Source: an uncultured Bacilli bacterium (GTDB lineage: Bacteria; Bacillota_I; Bacilli_A; RF39; UBA660). From it: 64,000 bases of DNA. The translations under genes and the position numbers were made by a program. The stretch covers positions 17,529 through 81,528 of the forward strand of contig CAKPJN010000005.1 in the NCBI GenBank assembly GCA_934162665.1, given 5' to 3'. This document shows, piece by piece, positions 9,800 through 20,810 of the stretch. A model generated the notes under the pieces. The model ran no database searches and was not told the origin of the DNA. It was given only the letters and a program-made list of their open reading frames with translations. Within the stretch, counting starts at the first letter, position 1. Every line of letters begins with the position of its first letter.

Positions 9800-10711
9800 C
9801 TATTTATAAGTTTGTTTAATTGCGTCTTTAATAACAGAAACACTATTTTGAAACATTTCTTGTTCTCCTTTATCTAATTCCAACTTCATTACTTCCTTTA
9901 CTCCACTATTATTAATAATACATGGTATTCCAATAAAAATATTATTATCACTATCATAAGTAGATACTGTAATAATTGAACTTTCATCCTCAAGTATTGC
10001 TTTTGTAATATATACTAAACACATACCTATACCATAATATGTAGCGCCTTTTCTATTAATAATTTCATATGCCGCATCTTTTACTTCTTCTTGAATATTA
10101 TCAAGCTCAGAATCATTTAAGAAATCATGAATATTTTGAAGTCCAACTGTTGCATTACTCCATGGAACAAATTCACTATCACCATGTTCACCAATAACAT
10201 ACGCATGAACATTTTTAGGACCAACACCAATTTTCTCACCTACTAAATATCTAAGTCTAGAAGTATCTAGACTTGTTCCACTACCAATAACACAACTAGA
10301 ATCAAACCCAGAATATTTCCAAGTAAGATAAGTCATTACATCAAGCGGATTAGTCGCAACTAAAAATATTCCATGAAAACCACTAGAAACCACATTAGAT
10401 ACAATATCCTTAAAAATCTTACTATTTTTATGAATTAAATCCATTCTAGTCTCTCCAGGATTTTGATTAGCACCAGCTGCTATAACAACAATTTTAGCAT
10501 CACGACAATCATCATAAGTACCAACCTTAATATCTATTTTAGAAGGAGCAAAAGCAAGACAATGATTCAAGTCCATAACTTCTCCTTCTACTCGCCTCTT
10601 ATCTAAATCAATTAAAGCAAGTTCCATAACATTAGTTCTTTGATTTAAAAGAGCATAAGCATAGCTCATACCCACATTTCCACATCCAATTATAACAACT
10701 TTATTTTTCAT
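9800..10711 (-). CDS. ldh: L-lactate dehydrogenase. The track ORF starts at 10750, but the likely start is the ATG at 10711, which has an AGGAGG RBS
   Basis: Rossmann motif IIGCGNVG, substrate-binding and catalytic region GEHGDSEFVPWS. Confidence 0.85.
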   Translation of the reverse strand: MKNKVVIIGCGNVGMSYAYALLNQRTNVMELALIDLDKRRVEGEVMDLNHCLAFAPSKIDIKVGTYDDCRDAKIVVIAAGANQNPGETRMDLIHKNSKIFKDIVSNVVSSGFHGIFLVATNPLDVMTYLTWKYSGFDSSCVIGSGTSLDTSRLRYLVGEKIGVGPKNVHAYVIGEHGDSEFVPWSNATVGLQNIHDFLNDSELDNIQEEVKDAAYEIINRKGATYYGIGMCLVYITKAILEDESSIITVSTYDSDNNIFIGIPCIINNSGVKEVMKLELDKGEQEMFQNSVSVIKDAIKQTYK

Positions 10712-10721
10712 AAAAAGCCTC

Positions 10722-11948
10722 CTAATATTTAGTATACCAAGTTGACGCAATAAAACTCTTATTAATTTCTACCCCATTTTGATAAGTATGTAAATAAGTC
10801 TTATAACTATTAGAACCTGTTTTTACTGACTCAGTAGTATATGTCTTACCTTCTTTAGCATTACTATTAGACCAAAAATCAACATGCGCAACTCCACCAG
10901 TAGCATAAGCAGAAATATAAATAGGATATTTATATGTATTTTTAAATTGAAAATCAACATTCCATCCACTTGCATAACTAGCAACTGTTGCATCTAATCC
11001 ACCAGCAACATAAACACTTTTTTTATCATGTGGATATCTCTTTACTATTTCAAGTCCTCCAAGTAACGCAGTATTATATACTGTTGTTGCAATCTGACAT
11101 ACACCATTACCTACAAATTCATAATAGAAAACATACCCTTTCTTATTATAAGGGCCAGCATACTTATAAAATGAAAATACTTCTCCTGGATTTATTATAG
11201 CGCCATCAATATATGCTAAAGCAGTTTTTAAATTAGTAGCTCTAGATATATATGGATTAAATTCAGTAGAAAAAGAAGAAACTTTAGTATCTACTAATTT
11301 ATAACTTTCATTATTAACAGCCTTCTCACTTGTACCAATCAAAGTTATAGTATCTTTTTTATTAATATTAGAAACTATTTCTTTATAAGATTCTTCTACA
11401 TTTAAACTATAACTATCAGTACCAAGTGCATAAGAAAGTTCACGATTATCATTCATAACAAATTGCCCATTAACTAATTTAACATCAAATAAACTTTTTA
11501 AGTTATTGACAAACGCCATAACAGTATCTTCATTATATAAAAACTTATACTCAAACACTTTCTTAGTTTTATGATTCAAAGAACTTACCTTGTCAAAATA
11601 ATTTAATTTATTTTGATACTCTTTAATTTCATCAATAATATCCTTTTTATTAATACTAAGTCCTAAATCACTATACTTATAAGTATATTCTTTATTATTA
11701 ATAATAAATTTAATATTTTTAGAAAGGATCTTTTCACTATAAGAATCAAGCACTTTATCTAAATCATCAAGTTTATTTTTTTCTAAGTTGAATTCATCTA
11801 AATAAATATTATAAAAAACCTTATTTTTATAAACACTAACTCTTTTATAATCATAAATACCAAAACAAATAAAGGTACTAAATAGTATTACCAATATTAT
11901 TAAACTAATAATCACTAATTTTCTCTTTTTATTCTCAACCTTTTCCAT
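10722..11948 (-). CDS. VanW-family protein with N-terminal TM anchor
   Basis: The C-terminal VanW-like region (YEFVGNGVCQIATTVYNTALLGGLEI...) follows a single N-terminal TM segment. Confidence 0.6.
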   Translation of the reverse strand: MEKVENKKRKLVIISLIILVILFSTFICFGIYDYKRVSVYKNKVFYNIYLDEFNLEKNKLDDLDKVLDSYSEKILSKNIKFIINNKEYTYKYSDLGLSINKKDIIDEIKEYQNKLNYFDKVSSLNHKTKKVFEYKFLYNEDTVMAFVNNLKSLFDVKLVNGQFVMNDNRELSYALGTDSYSLNVEESYKEIVSNINKKDTITLIGTSEKAVNNESYKLVDTKVSSFSTEFNPYISRATNLKTALAYIDGAIINPGEVFSFYKYAGPYNKKGYVFYYEFVGNGVCQIATTVYNTALLGGLEIVKRYPHDKKSVYVAGGLDATVASYASGWNVDFQFKNTYKYPIYISAYATGGVAHVDFWSNSNAKEGKTYTTESVKTGSNSYKTYLHTYQNGVEINKSFIASTWYTKY

Positions 11949-11995
11949 ATCCTATCACTACTTTATTATATAATATATGATATACTTTTACAATT

Positions 11996-12016
11996 AAAAA
12001 AGAGAATTAATTCTCT
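11996..12016 (-). terminator. Palindromic hairpin agagaatt/aattctct with flanking A/T runs, between the GH25 gene and the VanW gene
   Basis: Perfect 8-bp inverted repeat followed by a T-run on the minus strand. Confidence 0.5.
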
Positions 12017-12056
12017 ATATATTTATTTATAAATTTTTTCTCTCATTTATATAAAT

Positions 12057-14762
12057 TTAATTAAACCATACACTAACATCAACATTTCCAATAATTCCAG
12101 GAATAGATTCAGTAGATGAAAATTGCCAACCAGAATATGTACCATCATAAGTACAATTATGATTATATTGTGCAATCCAGTTTATTTTATCCTTATAATT
12201 AATCAAAGCACTTTCTGCCCATAATTTATTTGTATAAATCTTAAAGTCATAACCATATTCACTCATCTTATTAGCAAAAGATGTAATAATCGGAGAATAA
12301 TCATTAGAAGTCCACAAAGAATTAGCCTTACTTTTCCATACTTCCAAGTCATAATAAATTGGCAAAGATAAATTCATATTATACTTTTTAATAACATTAA
12401 TAATTCTTTGAGCTTCAAGAGCACCTTCCTCCATTTGACCCAAATCACTAACCATACCTAATTGATTTTCAGCATAACTATAAAGATAAATACCATATGG
12501 AATATTTAATCTTTTTAATTCAGATACGTTTCTAGATAATTGACTATCCTCATATGCTGATCCTGCCGATACTCGCAATATAACAGCATCAACATCACTA
12601 TTCTTAACCATATCCCAATCAATAATTCCATTATGAGAGGAAACATCTATTACCTTCCTTACATTAGACCCTTTTAAAACTCCCAAAGAATTAAAGAAAT
12701 ATTTAACACCATCAATGACCTTAAAATCATCAGCCATCTTACCAAATTCATCATAATAATATGTATTACCATCTTTAATAACCCATTTACCAGCAATTAA
12801 AGGTTTTGTAGTATCACCAGGAGCAACATCACCTTTTTTTACAACTTTTATTTGAATAGACTCCATTCTATATGAAAGACCTCTACTACCAGCTTCCTCG
12901 CCATTTTTCGCCCAATCTAACCAACCGTAATTTTCTATATAAGCCCTATAATAAATATCATAATTATCAGCTAACTTATCAGTCAAATTAATTTTTATAG
13001 CTTCCATTCTTAAACTTTTACCAACAGTACCAGCTATCTCATTTTGCGATACCTCATTCATCCATCCATAGTTTTGAACATAAGCTTGTACTTTTAAATC
13101 ACCAGAATAATCAGGATTAATCATACGCAACTTAATAGCTTCCATTCGCAATGCTTTATTAGTCGTCCCTACTAAATTAGACTCACTCATCCAACCATAA
13201 TTTTGCACTTGTGCAGATGCTACAACATTAAATTCTGGATTAATATAACTAACTATAGAACTATCATACTTCGAATCATTAGAATTTTTTGGAACTAATT
13301 CAACTTGTAAAGATTCCATCCTTAAATCCAATCCTCTACTACCAGCTTCTTCACCATTTTTTGACCAACCTAACCAACCATAGTTTTGAATATAAGCTCG
13401 ATAATAAACATCATAATAATTTGAAATATCTCCATCTAATTTTATTTTTATAGCTTCCATTCTTAAACTTTTACCAACAGTACCATTTATCTCGTTAGAC
13501 TTAGTCCAATCATTCCAACCTAATCCTTCAATATATGATTGAACTAAAACATCACCACTATATCTATATGAAGTTAAATTCATTTTTATAGCTTCAATTC
13601 TTAAGGATTGTCCCATTGTTCCCATAACATTAGAATAACCAATCCAACCATAATTTTGTACTTGAACTGAGCCAGTCAAACTAGGCTGTGGAACAATATA
13701 AGAATCTACCCCTGAACCAACATCAAAATAAGAACCCTTATCAACTAATCTAATTTCAATTCCTTCAATTCTCAATCCCAAACAAGAACTACCAGTTATT
13801 TCATCATTCATTGACCATTTTAACCAACCATAATTTTGAATATAAACTCGGTAATAAACATCATAATAATTTGAAATATCTCCATCTAATTTTATTTTTA
13901 TAGCTTCCATTCTTAAACTTTGCCCAGATGTACCACCTAATTCACCATTAGAAACATAATCCAACCAACCATAGTTTTGGACATAAGTTTGATATTTTAT
14001 ACTGCCTTCATATTTAGAATCTTTCAATTGTATTTTTATAGCTTCCATTCTTCTACTTAATCCGGTTGTACCACTAAACTCGCCATTTTCAGATAATTTT
14101 GTCCATCCCTGATCCTGAATATGTGTAGAATAACTAACAGAAATATTTTTTAAATCATCATAGGTACTTACATCTTCAGTAACAATATTTTCTTCATTAT
14201 TAACAATTACATCAGAAGCATCATTCAAATTGTTAACAGTTACATTAAAGTTAAAAACATTTGAAACCCCATCATAAATAATTTTATAACTATTATTTGA
14301 TATATTTAAAATTTCTATATTTTCAATACTATAATTTGACTTAAAATAAGAACTAATAAGATCATTAATATTAAAATCATTATTATCAGTAACTAGATCA
14401 ATATCATAATTAAATGAATATTTTAAAGTTCCATTATAAATATCATCATTTTGGACAATCGAATAACTAGCAGTTAATAAAGATTCATCGACATTATTAA
14501 TTAAAATTGAAACATCATAGGTACTAAGTTTATCAATAATAAATTGCTTTAAATAATTTTCTAGCGATACTTTATTATATAAAATATTAATCGAATCATT
14601 TTCAGCAATATTAATTAAAAAGTCATAATCAATAGAATCATCCTTTAATATATTATTCAATTCACTAGAACTTTTATTATCCACCAAGGCAAATACTGAA
14701 ACAGGAAAAAAATTTAAAATAATTCCTAAAATTAAAACTATATTTATAATTTTTTTCAACAT
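12057..14762 (-). CDS. Secreted cell-wall hydrolase with a signal peptide, multiple ChW (clostridial hydrophobic W) repeats, a choline-binding-like repeat and a C-terminal GH25 muramidase domain
   Basis: Reiterated Y.Q.YGW...G..G.S.R.EAI.I.L units (ChW pattern), YYYDEFGKM/VKYFFNSLGVLKG cell-wall-binding repeat, and GH25 motifs (VIDVSSHNGIIDW...GIYLYSY). Confidence 0.75.
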   Translation of the reverse strand: MLKKIINIVLILGIILNFFPVSVFALVDNKSSSELNNILKDDSIDYDFLINIAENDSINILYNKVSLENYLKQFIIDKLSTYDVSILINNVDESLLTASYSIVQNDDIYNGTLKYSFNYDIDLVTDNNDFNINDLISSYFKSNYSIENIEILNISNNSYKIIYDGVSNVFNFNVTVNNLNDASDVIVNNEENIVTEDVSTYDDLKNISVSYSTHIQDQGWTKLSENGEFSGTTGLSRRMEAIKIQLKDSKYEGSIKYQTYVQNYGWLDYVSNGELGGTSGQSLRMEAIKIKLDGDISNYYDVYYRVYIQNYGWLKWSMNDEITGSSCLGLRIEGIEIRLVDKGSYFDVGSGVDSYIVPQPSLTGSVQVQNYGWIGYSNVMGTMGQSLRIEAIKMNLTSYRYSGDVLVQSYIEGLGWNDWTKSNEINGTVGKSLRMEAIKIKLDGDISNYYDVYYRAYIQNYGWLGWSKNGEEAGSRGLDLRMESLQVELVPKNSNDSKYDSSIVSYINPEFNVVASAQVQNYGWMSESNLVGTTNKALRMEAIKLRMINPDYSGDLKVQAYVQNYGWMNEVSQNEIAGTVGKSLRMEAIKINLTDKLADNYDIYYRAYIENYGWLDWAKNGEEAGSRGLSYRMESIQIKVVKKGDVAPGDTTKPLIAGKWVIKDGNTYYYDEFGKMADDFKVIDGVKYFFNSLGVLKGSNVRKVIDVSSHNGIIDWDMVKNSDVDAVILRVSAGSAYEDSQLSRNVSELKRLNIPYGIYLYSYAENQLGMVSDLGQMEEGALEAQRIINVIKKYNMNLSLPIYYDLEVWKSKANSLWTSNDYSPIITSFANKMSEYGYDFKIYTNKLWAESALINYKDKINWIAQYNHNCTYDGTYSGWQFSSTESIPGIIGNVDVSVWFN
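13376..13920 (-). repeat. Intragenic direct duplication with a 450-bp period inside the ChW-GH25 gene (core about 60 nt identical at 13411-13469 and 13861-13919)
   Basis: The string tcataataatttgaaatatctccatctaattttatttttatagcttccattcttaaactt occurs twice. This corresponds to the duplicated protein segment KIKLDGDISNYYDVYYR(A/V)YIQNYGWL. Confidence 0.8.
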
Positions 14763-14770
14763 ACCAACTC

Positions 14771-15562
14771 CTATTTTACATCATTAGATTTCTCACTGTT
14801 TTTATATAGTCTAGTAAGTAATTTAGCTATAAATGTAGGCCAAAACTTCTTAAACATTTGAAAATCCTCAATACTTCTTTTATTATCATTCAATATTTCA
14901 GATGTAGTAGAATCTTCATGAACTCTATGACCCATCAAATGATCTTTTATATAAATAAATTTACCCTTCTTTATTGATAATCTCTCCCAAGCCAACCAAT
15001 CAACATCACATTTCATATCACTTTCAAAAACCTTAGCACCAGTCTTTTCTTTAACAAAAGTAACCGCTGGACAACAAATTGGATTTCCAAACGATAAAAC
15101 TAACCTTTTAACAAAGCGATTACCAGAAATCTTAGAAGACCTTAAAGGTAACATTAATATACGTTTAATTTTTAAATTTCTATTTTTATGTACCTCTTTT
15201 CCATTTTTAATTTCATAATAATCAGAAAATAGTATTAATGAATCTGAATGACTTTTATAACTCTTTACTATTAAATCTGAATATTCATAATTATAAATAT
15301 CATCTTGATGAGCAACTGTTACTAGTTCTGTTTTACCACAATCAACTGCAAAATCAAAATCATAACCAATACCCTTCTTATTTTTATTAACAAAAATTTT
15401 TAAATTATATTTTTTAGCTAACTTTTTAATATAATCATTAGGCGTAGATGTAGCAATAACAACATCACTATTATACTTTTGATTTAACACCGAACGAATG
15501 CAATCCTCTAAATATTTTGACTCTTTATACGCCAAAACTACAAAAGTATGAATCTTACTCAT
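14771..15562 (-). CDS. Glycosyltransferase family 2 (likely start MSKIHTF)
   Basis: GT2 N-terminal fold motifs (FVVLAYKESKYLEDCIRSVLNQKY). Confidence 0.6.
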   Translation of the reverse strand: MSKIHTFVVLAYKESKYLEDCIRSVLNQKYNSDVVIATSTPNDYIKKLAKKYNLKIFVNKNKKGIGYDFDFAVDCGKTELVTVAHQDDIYNYEYSDLIVKSYKSHSDSLILFSDYYEIKNGKEVHKNRNLKIKRILMLPLRSSKISGNRFVKRLVLSFGNPICCPAVTFVKEKTGAKVFESDMKCDVDWLAWERLSIKKGKFIYIKDHLMGHRVHEDSTTSEILNDNKRSIEDFQMFKKFWPTFIAKLLTRLYKNSEKSNDVK

Positions 15563-16520
15563 CACGACCACCTCTACAGTAAATACTAGCAAAAAATCTC
15601 ATTAATTGCAACTTATCAATTAACAAAAAAACACCAACACTAACTCTATGAGAAAAACTTTCACCTCTTAATTTACAAGAAAATGAACTAATAGATTTCT
15701 TTATATTATTATTCTTTAACCATTTCTTAATTCTCTTTTGTTCATTTAAAAATTCACTCTTGTTAGCAGTCCTACCAGAAAAAAGCAAATACCAGACATA
15801 ATATTTATAAAAATAATAATTTAAATACTCATTCCTAGTTTTATAAAAATTATTAATCTTATCTAAAAGATATAAAATATCAACTTTTTTATTAAATCCA
15901 CGTTGAATAGTATTTGATACACTTTTATCATTATAAAACCAATTATATCCAATATATTCAATAACATCTATCTTAGGATCATAAGAAAATAAAGAAAGCA
16001 TAAAGTAAACATCTTCACCAATACAATAATCTAAAAATTGTACTTTGTGTTTTAATAAAAACTCACGATTAAATATTTTAGCCCATGGTGCCATTATTAT
16101 ATACTTAGTCCATTCGTAATTCTCTGGCTTTTTATAAAACAAAACCTTCCCTGAGGTATTAACCCTTCTATATCCACCTATTACTAAATCACAATCTTTT
16201 GTAGAAATATCATCAACATATGTTTTAACATAATCTTCATCGATAAAATCATCATTATCAATAAACATTATATATTTACCAGTTGCCTTTTTTATACCTA
16301 GATTTCTTGTTTTAGCAACTCCCTCATTCTTTTTATCAATAATTATTATACGTTTATCATTATACTGATTTATAACCTGTAATGATTTATCCTTCGAACC
16401 ATCATTTATTAATAGTAACTCTATATTTTCATATGATTGATTCAATATACTATCAATACATCTATTTATAGAGTTTTCTGCATTATAAACAGGAACTATA
16501 ATTGAAACCTTATCCATCAT
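15555..16520 (-). CDS. Glycosyltransferase family 2
   Basis: VSIIVPVYNAENSINRCIDSILNQSYENIELLLINDGSKD, a classic GT2-A motif with DxD. Confidence 0.75.
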   Translation of the reverse strand: MMDKVSIIVPVYNAENSINRCIDSILNQSYENIELLLINDGSKDKSLQVINQYNDKRIIIIDKKNEGVAKTRNLGIKKATGKYIMFIDNDDFIDEDYVKTYVDDISTKDCDLVIGGYRRVNTSGKVLFYKKPENYEWTKYIIMAPWAKIFNREFLLKHKVQFLDYCIGEDVYFMLSLFSYDPKIDVIEYIGYNWFYNDKSVSNTIQRGFNKKVDILYLLDKINNFYKTRNEYLNYYFYKYYVWYLLFSGRTANKSEFLNEQKRIKKWLKNNNIKKSISSFSCKLRGESFSHRVSVGVFLLIDKLQLMRFFASIYCRGGRDE

Positions 16521-17745
16521 TACTCCTCCATTTATTTAATGAAATAAAATATATAATTAAGTATAAAATTAACAATAAAATCATTGAAGCAAAATATGAA
16601 AGTGAAGCACCAAAAACACCATTAATATTTACTAAAAATCTAGATATAAAATATGAAAATATACTAACAATAATATAAACAACTACTTGTGAAACTGTTT
16701 TTCTCATTGAAGTAAGTGCATTTGAAATAATATAAGAAACCCCAAAAAATGTTGCTCCAACAATAATTATTAATAAACAGTTTAAATATTTTCCAAGATC
16801 AATACCATACAAAAATGATAATAAAGGAATTCCAAAAAAGTAAGCAAAAATACAACCAACTATTCCAATTAAAAATACACCTAATGACAATTTTATAACT
16901 ATATCAATAAAACATTTTTTATCATTATTAGATAAATTTTCAGTTAACGCTACCAAAAATGGATGCATCAAAAACTGACTACATAAAATCATTATAGTTG
17001 CTGGCATAACAATAATACCAAAAATAGTTTGAAACTTATCAGATAATAACCCATCAATTGCGTACTTCGGAGCATTAATTACATATAGATTTAACAAAGT
17101 AAAAAGGAAAGTACAAAAACCAGCCCTTAAAATATTAGTAACTTTATATCTATCAAATTCCTCTAATTTAAATTTATATTCTTTAACATTTTTCAAATCA
17201 TAAAATAATACAATTATAATATTTACAATAATTAAACTAAACGATGCCAAAATTATATTTTTAGAGAAATAATCAATAATAAAAAATACAATTAAGGCCA
17301 TCACTCCCTTTAATAACATAGAAATACCAACTTTATATAAATCTCCATTTTTTTGAATAATACCATATAATGATTCACTAAATGCTTCTATCATTTTAAA
17401 TGTAATTAAACTTAAAAGAATTAATATTTTATCTAAAACATATCCCTTTAATAATATATAAATAATAGAAATACCCATCATTAATATACATGTCAAAATC
17501 TTTGTATAAATAAAGTCACTATTACTATATTTACTATCACGTTCAGTAACCTGATATATACGACCAGAATAGTTTCCTATACAATAAAATACACATGCCA
17601 AAGAAAAACCAAAACTAAAAACCCCAGCATCATTAATACCATTAATTCTTGTGACCAAAATCAAAAAAAATAATGAATTAAAAGAATTTAATGTTGTACC
17701 AATTGTATTCCAAATAAAATTTTTTTTAATCTTATTTTCTTTCAT
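16510..17745 (-). CDS. Polysaccharide flippase (Wzx/MOP-superfamily membrane protein)
   Basis: About 411 aa with around 12 predicted TM segments, lying between the GT genes. Confidence 0.55.
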   Translation of the reverse strand: MKENKIKKNFIWNTIGTTLNSFNSLFFLILVTRINGINDAGVFSFGFSLACVFYCIGNYSGRIYQVTERDSKYSNSDFIYTKILTCILMMGISIIYILLKGYVLDKILILLSLITFKMIEAFSESLYGIIQKNGDLYKVGISMLLKGVMALIVFFIIDYFSKNIILASFSLIIVNIIIVLFYDLKNVKEYKFKLEEFDRYKVTNILRAGFCTFLFTLLNLYVINAPKYAIDGLLSDKFQTIFGIIVMPATIMILCSQFLMHPFLVALTENLSNNDKKCFIDIVIKLSLGVFLIGIVGCIFAYFFGIPLLSFLYGIDLGKYLNCLLIIIVGATFFGVSYIISNALTSMRKTVSQVVVYIIVSIFSYFISRFLVNINGVFGASLSYFASMILLLILYLIIYFISLNKWRSNDG

Positions 17746-18079
17746 TATTAATTTTCGCTTTCAATAATGATATTTCTTGAATTAATAAAGTTGTTTTTTT
17801 CTTTTGACCTGAAACAATTATTGTCAATGACATAGTTAAAAATATAAGCAATACTAACATTATCCCAATAATTAAATTTGACATAACTTGAAAACCTAAT
17901 TTATTTGATAAAAATGAGAAAACGCCAGGGAAAAATGTTAATATTAATATAACTAGTGAAATAAAATACCATAATAAAGCATACTTTTCAGGTATTCTTC
18001 CTTTTCTTAATATATAGGTTGTAACCAATAATAGAAATATTGAAAAAATTAGTAATACTATTTTTAAATTTATTGCCAT
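17732..18079 (-). CDS. DUF2304-family small membrane protein (partner of YkoT-type GT2)
   Basis: LRKGRIPEKYALLW motif and three TM segments. It overlaps the adjacent GT2 gene. Confidence 0.55.
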   Translation of the reverse strand: MAINLKIVLLIFSIFLLLVTTYILRKGRIPEKYALLWYFISLVILILTFFPGVFSFLSNKLGFQVMSNLIIGIMLVLLIFLTMSLTIIVSGQKKKTTLLIQEISLLKAKINNERK

Positions 18080-18801
18080 TTTTTATACCTCCTCATTTTA
18101 ATAATTAATAATGCTAATGAAACATTTACCATATAATAAGCTTTTTTCCAAGCCATGATAGATGACTTGCCACCCTCTCTTTCACTCATTTCAACAGGTA
18201 CTTCAGTTACTATATATTTTTTCTTTAATATTTCAGCAGTAGTTAAAGGTTCAGGATATTCAAGTGGATAAGAAACAGCAAAATCTGAAATTATATTTCT
18301 ATTACAAGCCCTAAATCCAGAAGTCGTATCATATATTTTTTTACCAGTCGCAAATTTAATAAAGAAAGATATTATTTTAATGCCTACTCGTCTTGCAAAT
18401 GATGATTTAAAAGTGTCTATGTTTTCAACAAATCTGGAACCTATAACTAGATCTGCTTCTCCATCAATAATTGGTTGTATTATATCCTCTACATACCTAA
18501 CATCATGTTGTCCATCACCATCAAATTGAACTGCTATATCATATCCATTATCATATGCATATTTATAACCTGTCTGTACAGCACCACCAATACCTAAATT
18601 GTGAATCAAATCAATGACAGGAATATTATTCTCATGACAAATTAAACTAGTTTTATCTAAAGAACAGTCATTAATAACAATAACATCATAATTTTTTTTA
18701 TTCTTTTTATTATACTGAATTATTTTTTGATATGTACTTAATATATTATCCTCCTCATTATATGCGGGTACAATAAGTAACACTTTGTTATTTTTTTTCA
18801 T
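18070..18801 (-). CDS. GT2 polyprenyl-phosphate glycosyltransferase (YkoT/GtrB/ArnC-like)
   Basis: LIVPAYNEEDNI...VIVINDCSLDKT...DGDGQHD. Confidence 0.7.
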   Translation of the reverse strand: MKKNNKVLLIVPAYNEEDNILSTYQKIIQYNKKNKKNYDVIVINDCSLDKTSLICHENNIPVIDLIHNLGIGGAVQTGYKYAYDNGYDIAVQFDGDGQHDVRYVEDIIQPIIDGEADLVIGSRFVENIDTFKSSFARRVGIKIISFFIKFATGKKIYDTTSGFRACNRNIISDFAVSYPLEYPEPLTTAEILKKKYIVTEVPVEMSEREGGKSSIMAWKKAYYMVNVSLALLIIKMRRYKKWQ

Positions 18802-18813
18802 AAATACTCCTTT

Positions 18814-20790
18814 TTAATAGAAAATAATTAATAATGTAAAAATATAAGCTACAAAAATAATATTAATAAAGCTATATATTGTATTATCAGAAATTTTCAA
18901 TTTGATATTTTTTGGTATAAATACTAATAATAATGGTAACAAGACAGGTATAAAATATCTTCCCTGAACACCCTCAACATATGGTAATTGATAAATAGTC
19001 CATGTTAAATACATTCCTCCAAAAATCATAGCCGAAATAAATAATATTAATATAAGCGTATATAATTTTTGCATCTTATCCTTAAATACATTTTTCAATG
19101 ATAAGACAACAACACCAAACATAATATAATAACACCAGACATAAATGTAATGTAAATTAAACTTTAACCAACCAAAACAACCTATAAGTGATTGTAAATA
19201 TCCGATTGTTTTTAATTTAAATGTATAATATGCGACTTTAATAATATTTTTAGGATTACTAAGTAAATAATCAAGTTGTTTTTTAGAAGATTCACCAGAT
19301 AATATACCAGTAATATCATCAGGAACGTTTCCAATAGCAACTAATTTAGTAGTAAGAACATGCAATAAAACTGTAATAATATAAAATATAATAATCGAAA
19401 TACTTTTTTGCTTCAAACCATTTTTAAATTTCTCTTTAGGTATTAACCAAATTAATAATGATAAAAAGAAATATGGTAATTTAATATGTAATATCAAAAA
19501 TGAAAGAAGAAAATAAATACTTAATTGTTTATAACTAATTAATTCTTTCTGATCATACATTTTAATAAAATATGCAAATAATAACACAGCACAAGAATTT
19601 AATAAACTATCATAGGAGTATGAAACCATTTGTTGAATAAACATTGGCATACATACTACAATAAGTAATAATTTTTTATACTTAGGAATTACTTTTAATG
19701 CCAATAATATTAATAAAAAACTAATTATAAAATTAACTATTCTACCAATATAAAATAAAACTACCGGTGCATTAGTAAAAATATTTACAATTTTAATAAT
19801 AATAGCAGAAGGTATATAAGCAATTGTCTGTGTATTACTTACATTGGCTGGAATTTGATACTTTTTCTCATCATTATTCTTAAAACACGACAATAATTTA
19901 TTAACATCATCTACATTATCCTTCGCTTCAGCATCAGCATAATATAAACATTTTATATTCTTAGATACATTTATATAACCATTATAGAAATTATCTGCTG
20001 GTGCCTTAGAAAAATCATATTTAGATAATGAATAAGATTTATAAAAATGGTATGTTTCATCAGGTATCTCTACTGCAGGTGTTATAAACAAAATAGATAT
20101 AATATATATCAACATAACAATTAAGAAATTTTTCTCATTTTTAATTTTATTATTATTTATTAAATAATTAACACAAAAAAAGACTAATAAATATATAATA
20201 AATAATATAATAACAATATTATACCAAGGTGATTCACCTAATAATTTAAAAGAAACTATATCACTAGAAATATTCTTATACATTGTAATACAATTTTCTT
20301 TATTAGCTTTTATAGGTGTTATTGAAATTTTATAATTACTATCTTTATCAATCTTAACCTTACCAACAACAAAATTATAATATTGATTATCATCTAAATC
20401 TTTAGTATTAAATTTCTTACTATATAATTTTTTTTCATCTTTATATAAATCAAATTTATATATAGCATTATTTTTTCTTTGATAGGTAGCAAATATAATA
20501 CTAACAGTATGAAATTCTTTAACATCTTTAGTATTAATCTTCTCCTCTACTTTTTTATCTATAATTGGCTCTAAAGCATCAGTAGGTACAGAAGAATTAT
20601 AAACTCTAACATCATTATTAATAACCTGTGGTATAAAAATAAATAATGTTGCTATAAATAATATTAACATAAATATATTTCTAGGAAGAAATTGAAAAAT
20701 CTTTTTAAATTTCTTTGATGTAATAATTTTCTCATACTTTTCATTAAGATTCTTTAAAAAATTGAAAAGTGATAAAATTCTTTTTTTCAT
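18814..20790 (-). CDS. Large polytopic membrane protein, putative GT-C-type glycosyltransferase (YkoS-like)
   Basis: N-terminal TM anchor, a roughly 150-aa extracytoplasmic domain, then around 12 TM helices. Adjacent to the YkoT-like GT2 gene. Confidence 0.4.
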   Translation of the reverse strand: MKKRILSLFNFLKNLNEKYEKIITSKKFKKIFQFLPRNIFMLILFIATLFIFIPQVINNDVRVYNSSVPTDALEPIIDKKVEEKINTKDVKEFHTVSIIFATYQRKNNAIYKFDLYKDEKKLYSKKFNTKDLDDNQYYNFVVGKVKIDKDSNYKISITPIKANKENCITMYKNISSDIVSFKLLGESPWYNIVIILFIIYLLVFFCVNYLINNNKIKNEKNFLIVMLIYIISILFITPAVEIPDETYHFYKSYSLSKYDFSKAPADNFYNGYINVSKNIKCLYYADAEAKDNVDDVNKLLSCFKNNDEKKYQIPANVSNTQTIAYIPSAIIIKIVNIFTNAPVVLFYIGRIVNFIISFLLILLALKVIPKYKKLLLIVVCMPMFIQQMVSYSYDSLLNSCAVLLFAYFIKMYDQKELISYKQLSIYFLLSFLILHIKLPYFFLSLLIWLIPKEKFKNGLKQKSISIIIFYIITVLLHVLTTKLVAIGNVPDDITGILSGESSKKQLDYLLSNPKNIIKVAYYTFKLKTIGYLQSLIGCFGWLKFNLHYIYVWCYYIMFGVVVLSLKNVFKDKMQKLYTLILILFISAMIFGGMYLTWTIYQLPYVEGVQGRYFIPVLLPLLLVFIPKNIKLKISDNTIYSFINIIFVAYIFTLLIIFY

Positions 20791-20810
20791 AACAAACTCC
20801 TTAATACTAT

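Noticed and set aside
10988-11200. 70-aa plus ORF inside the VanW gene
   Set aside because: Antisense shadow ORF with no RBS.
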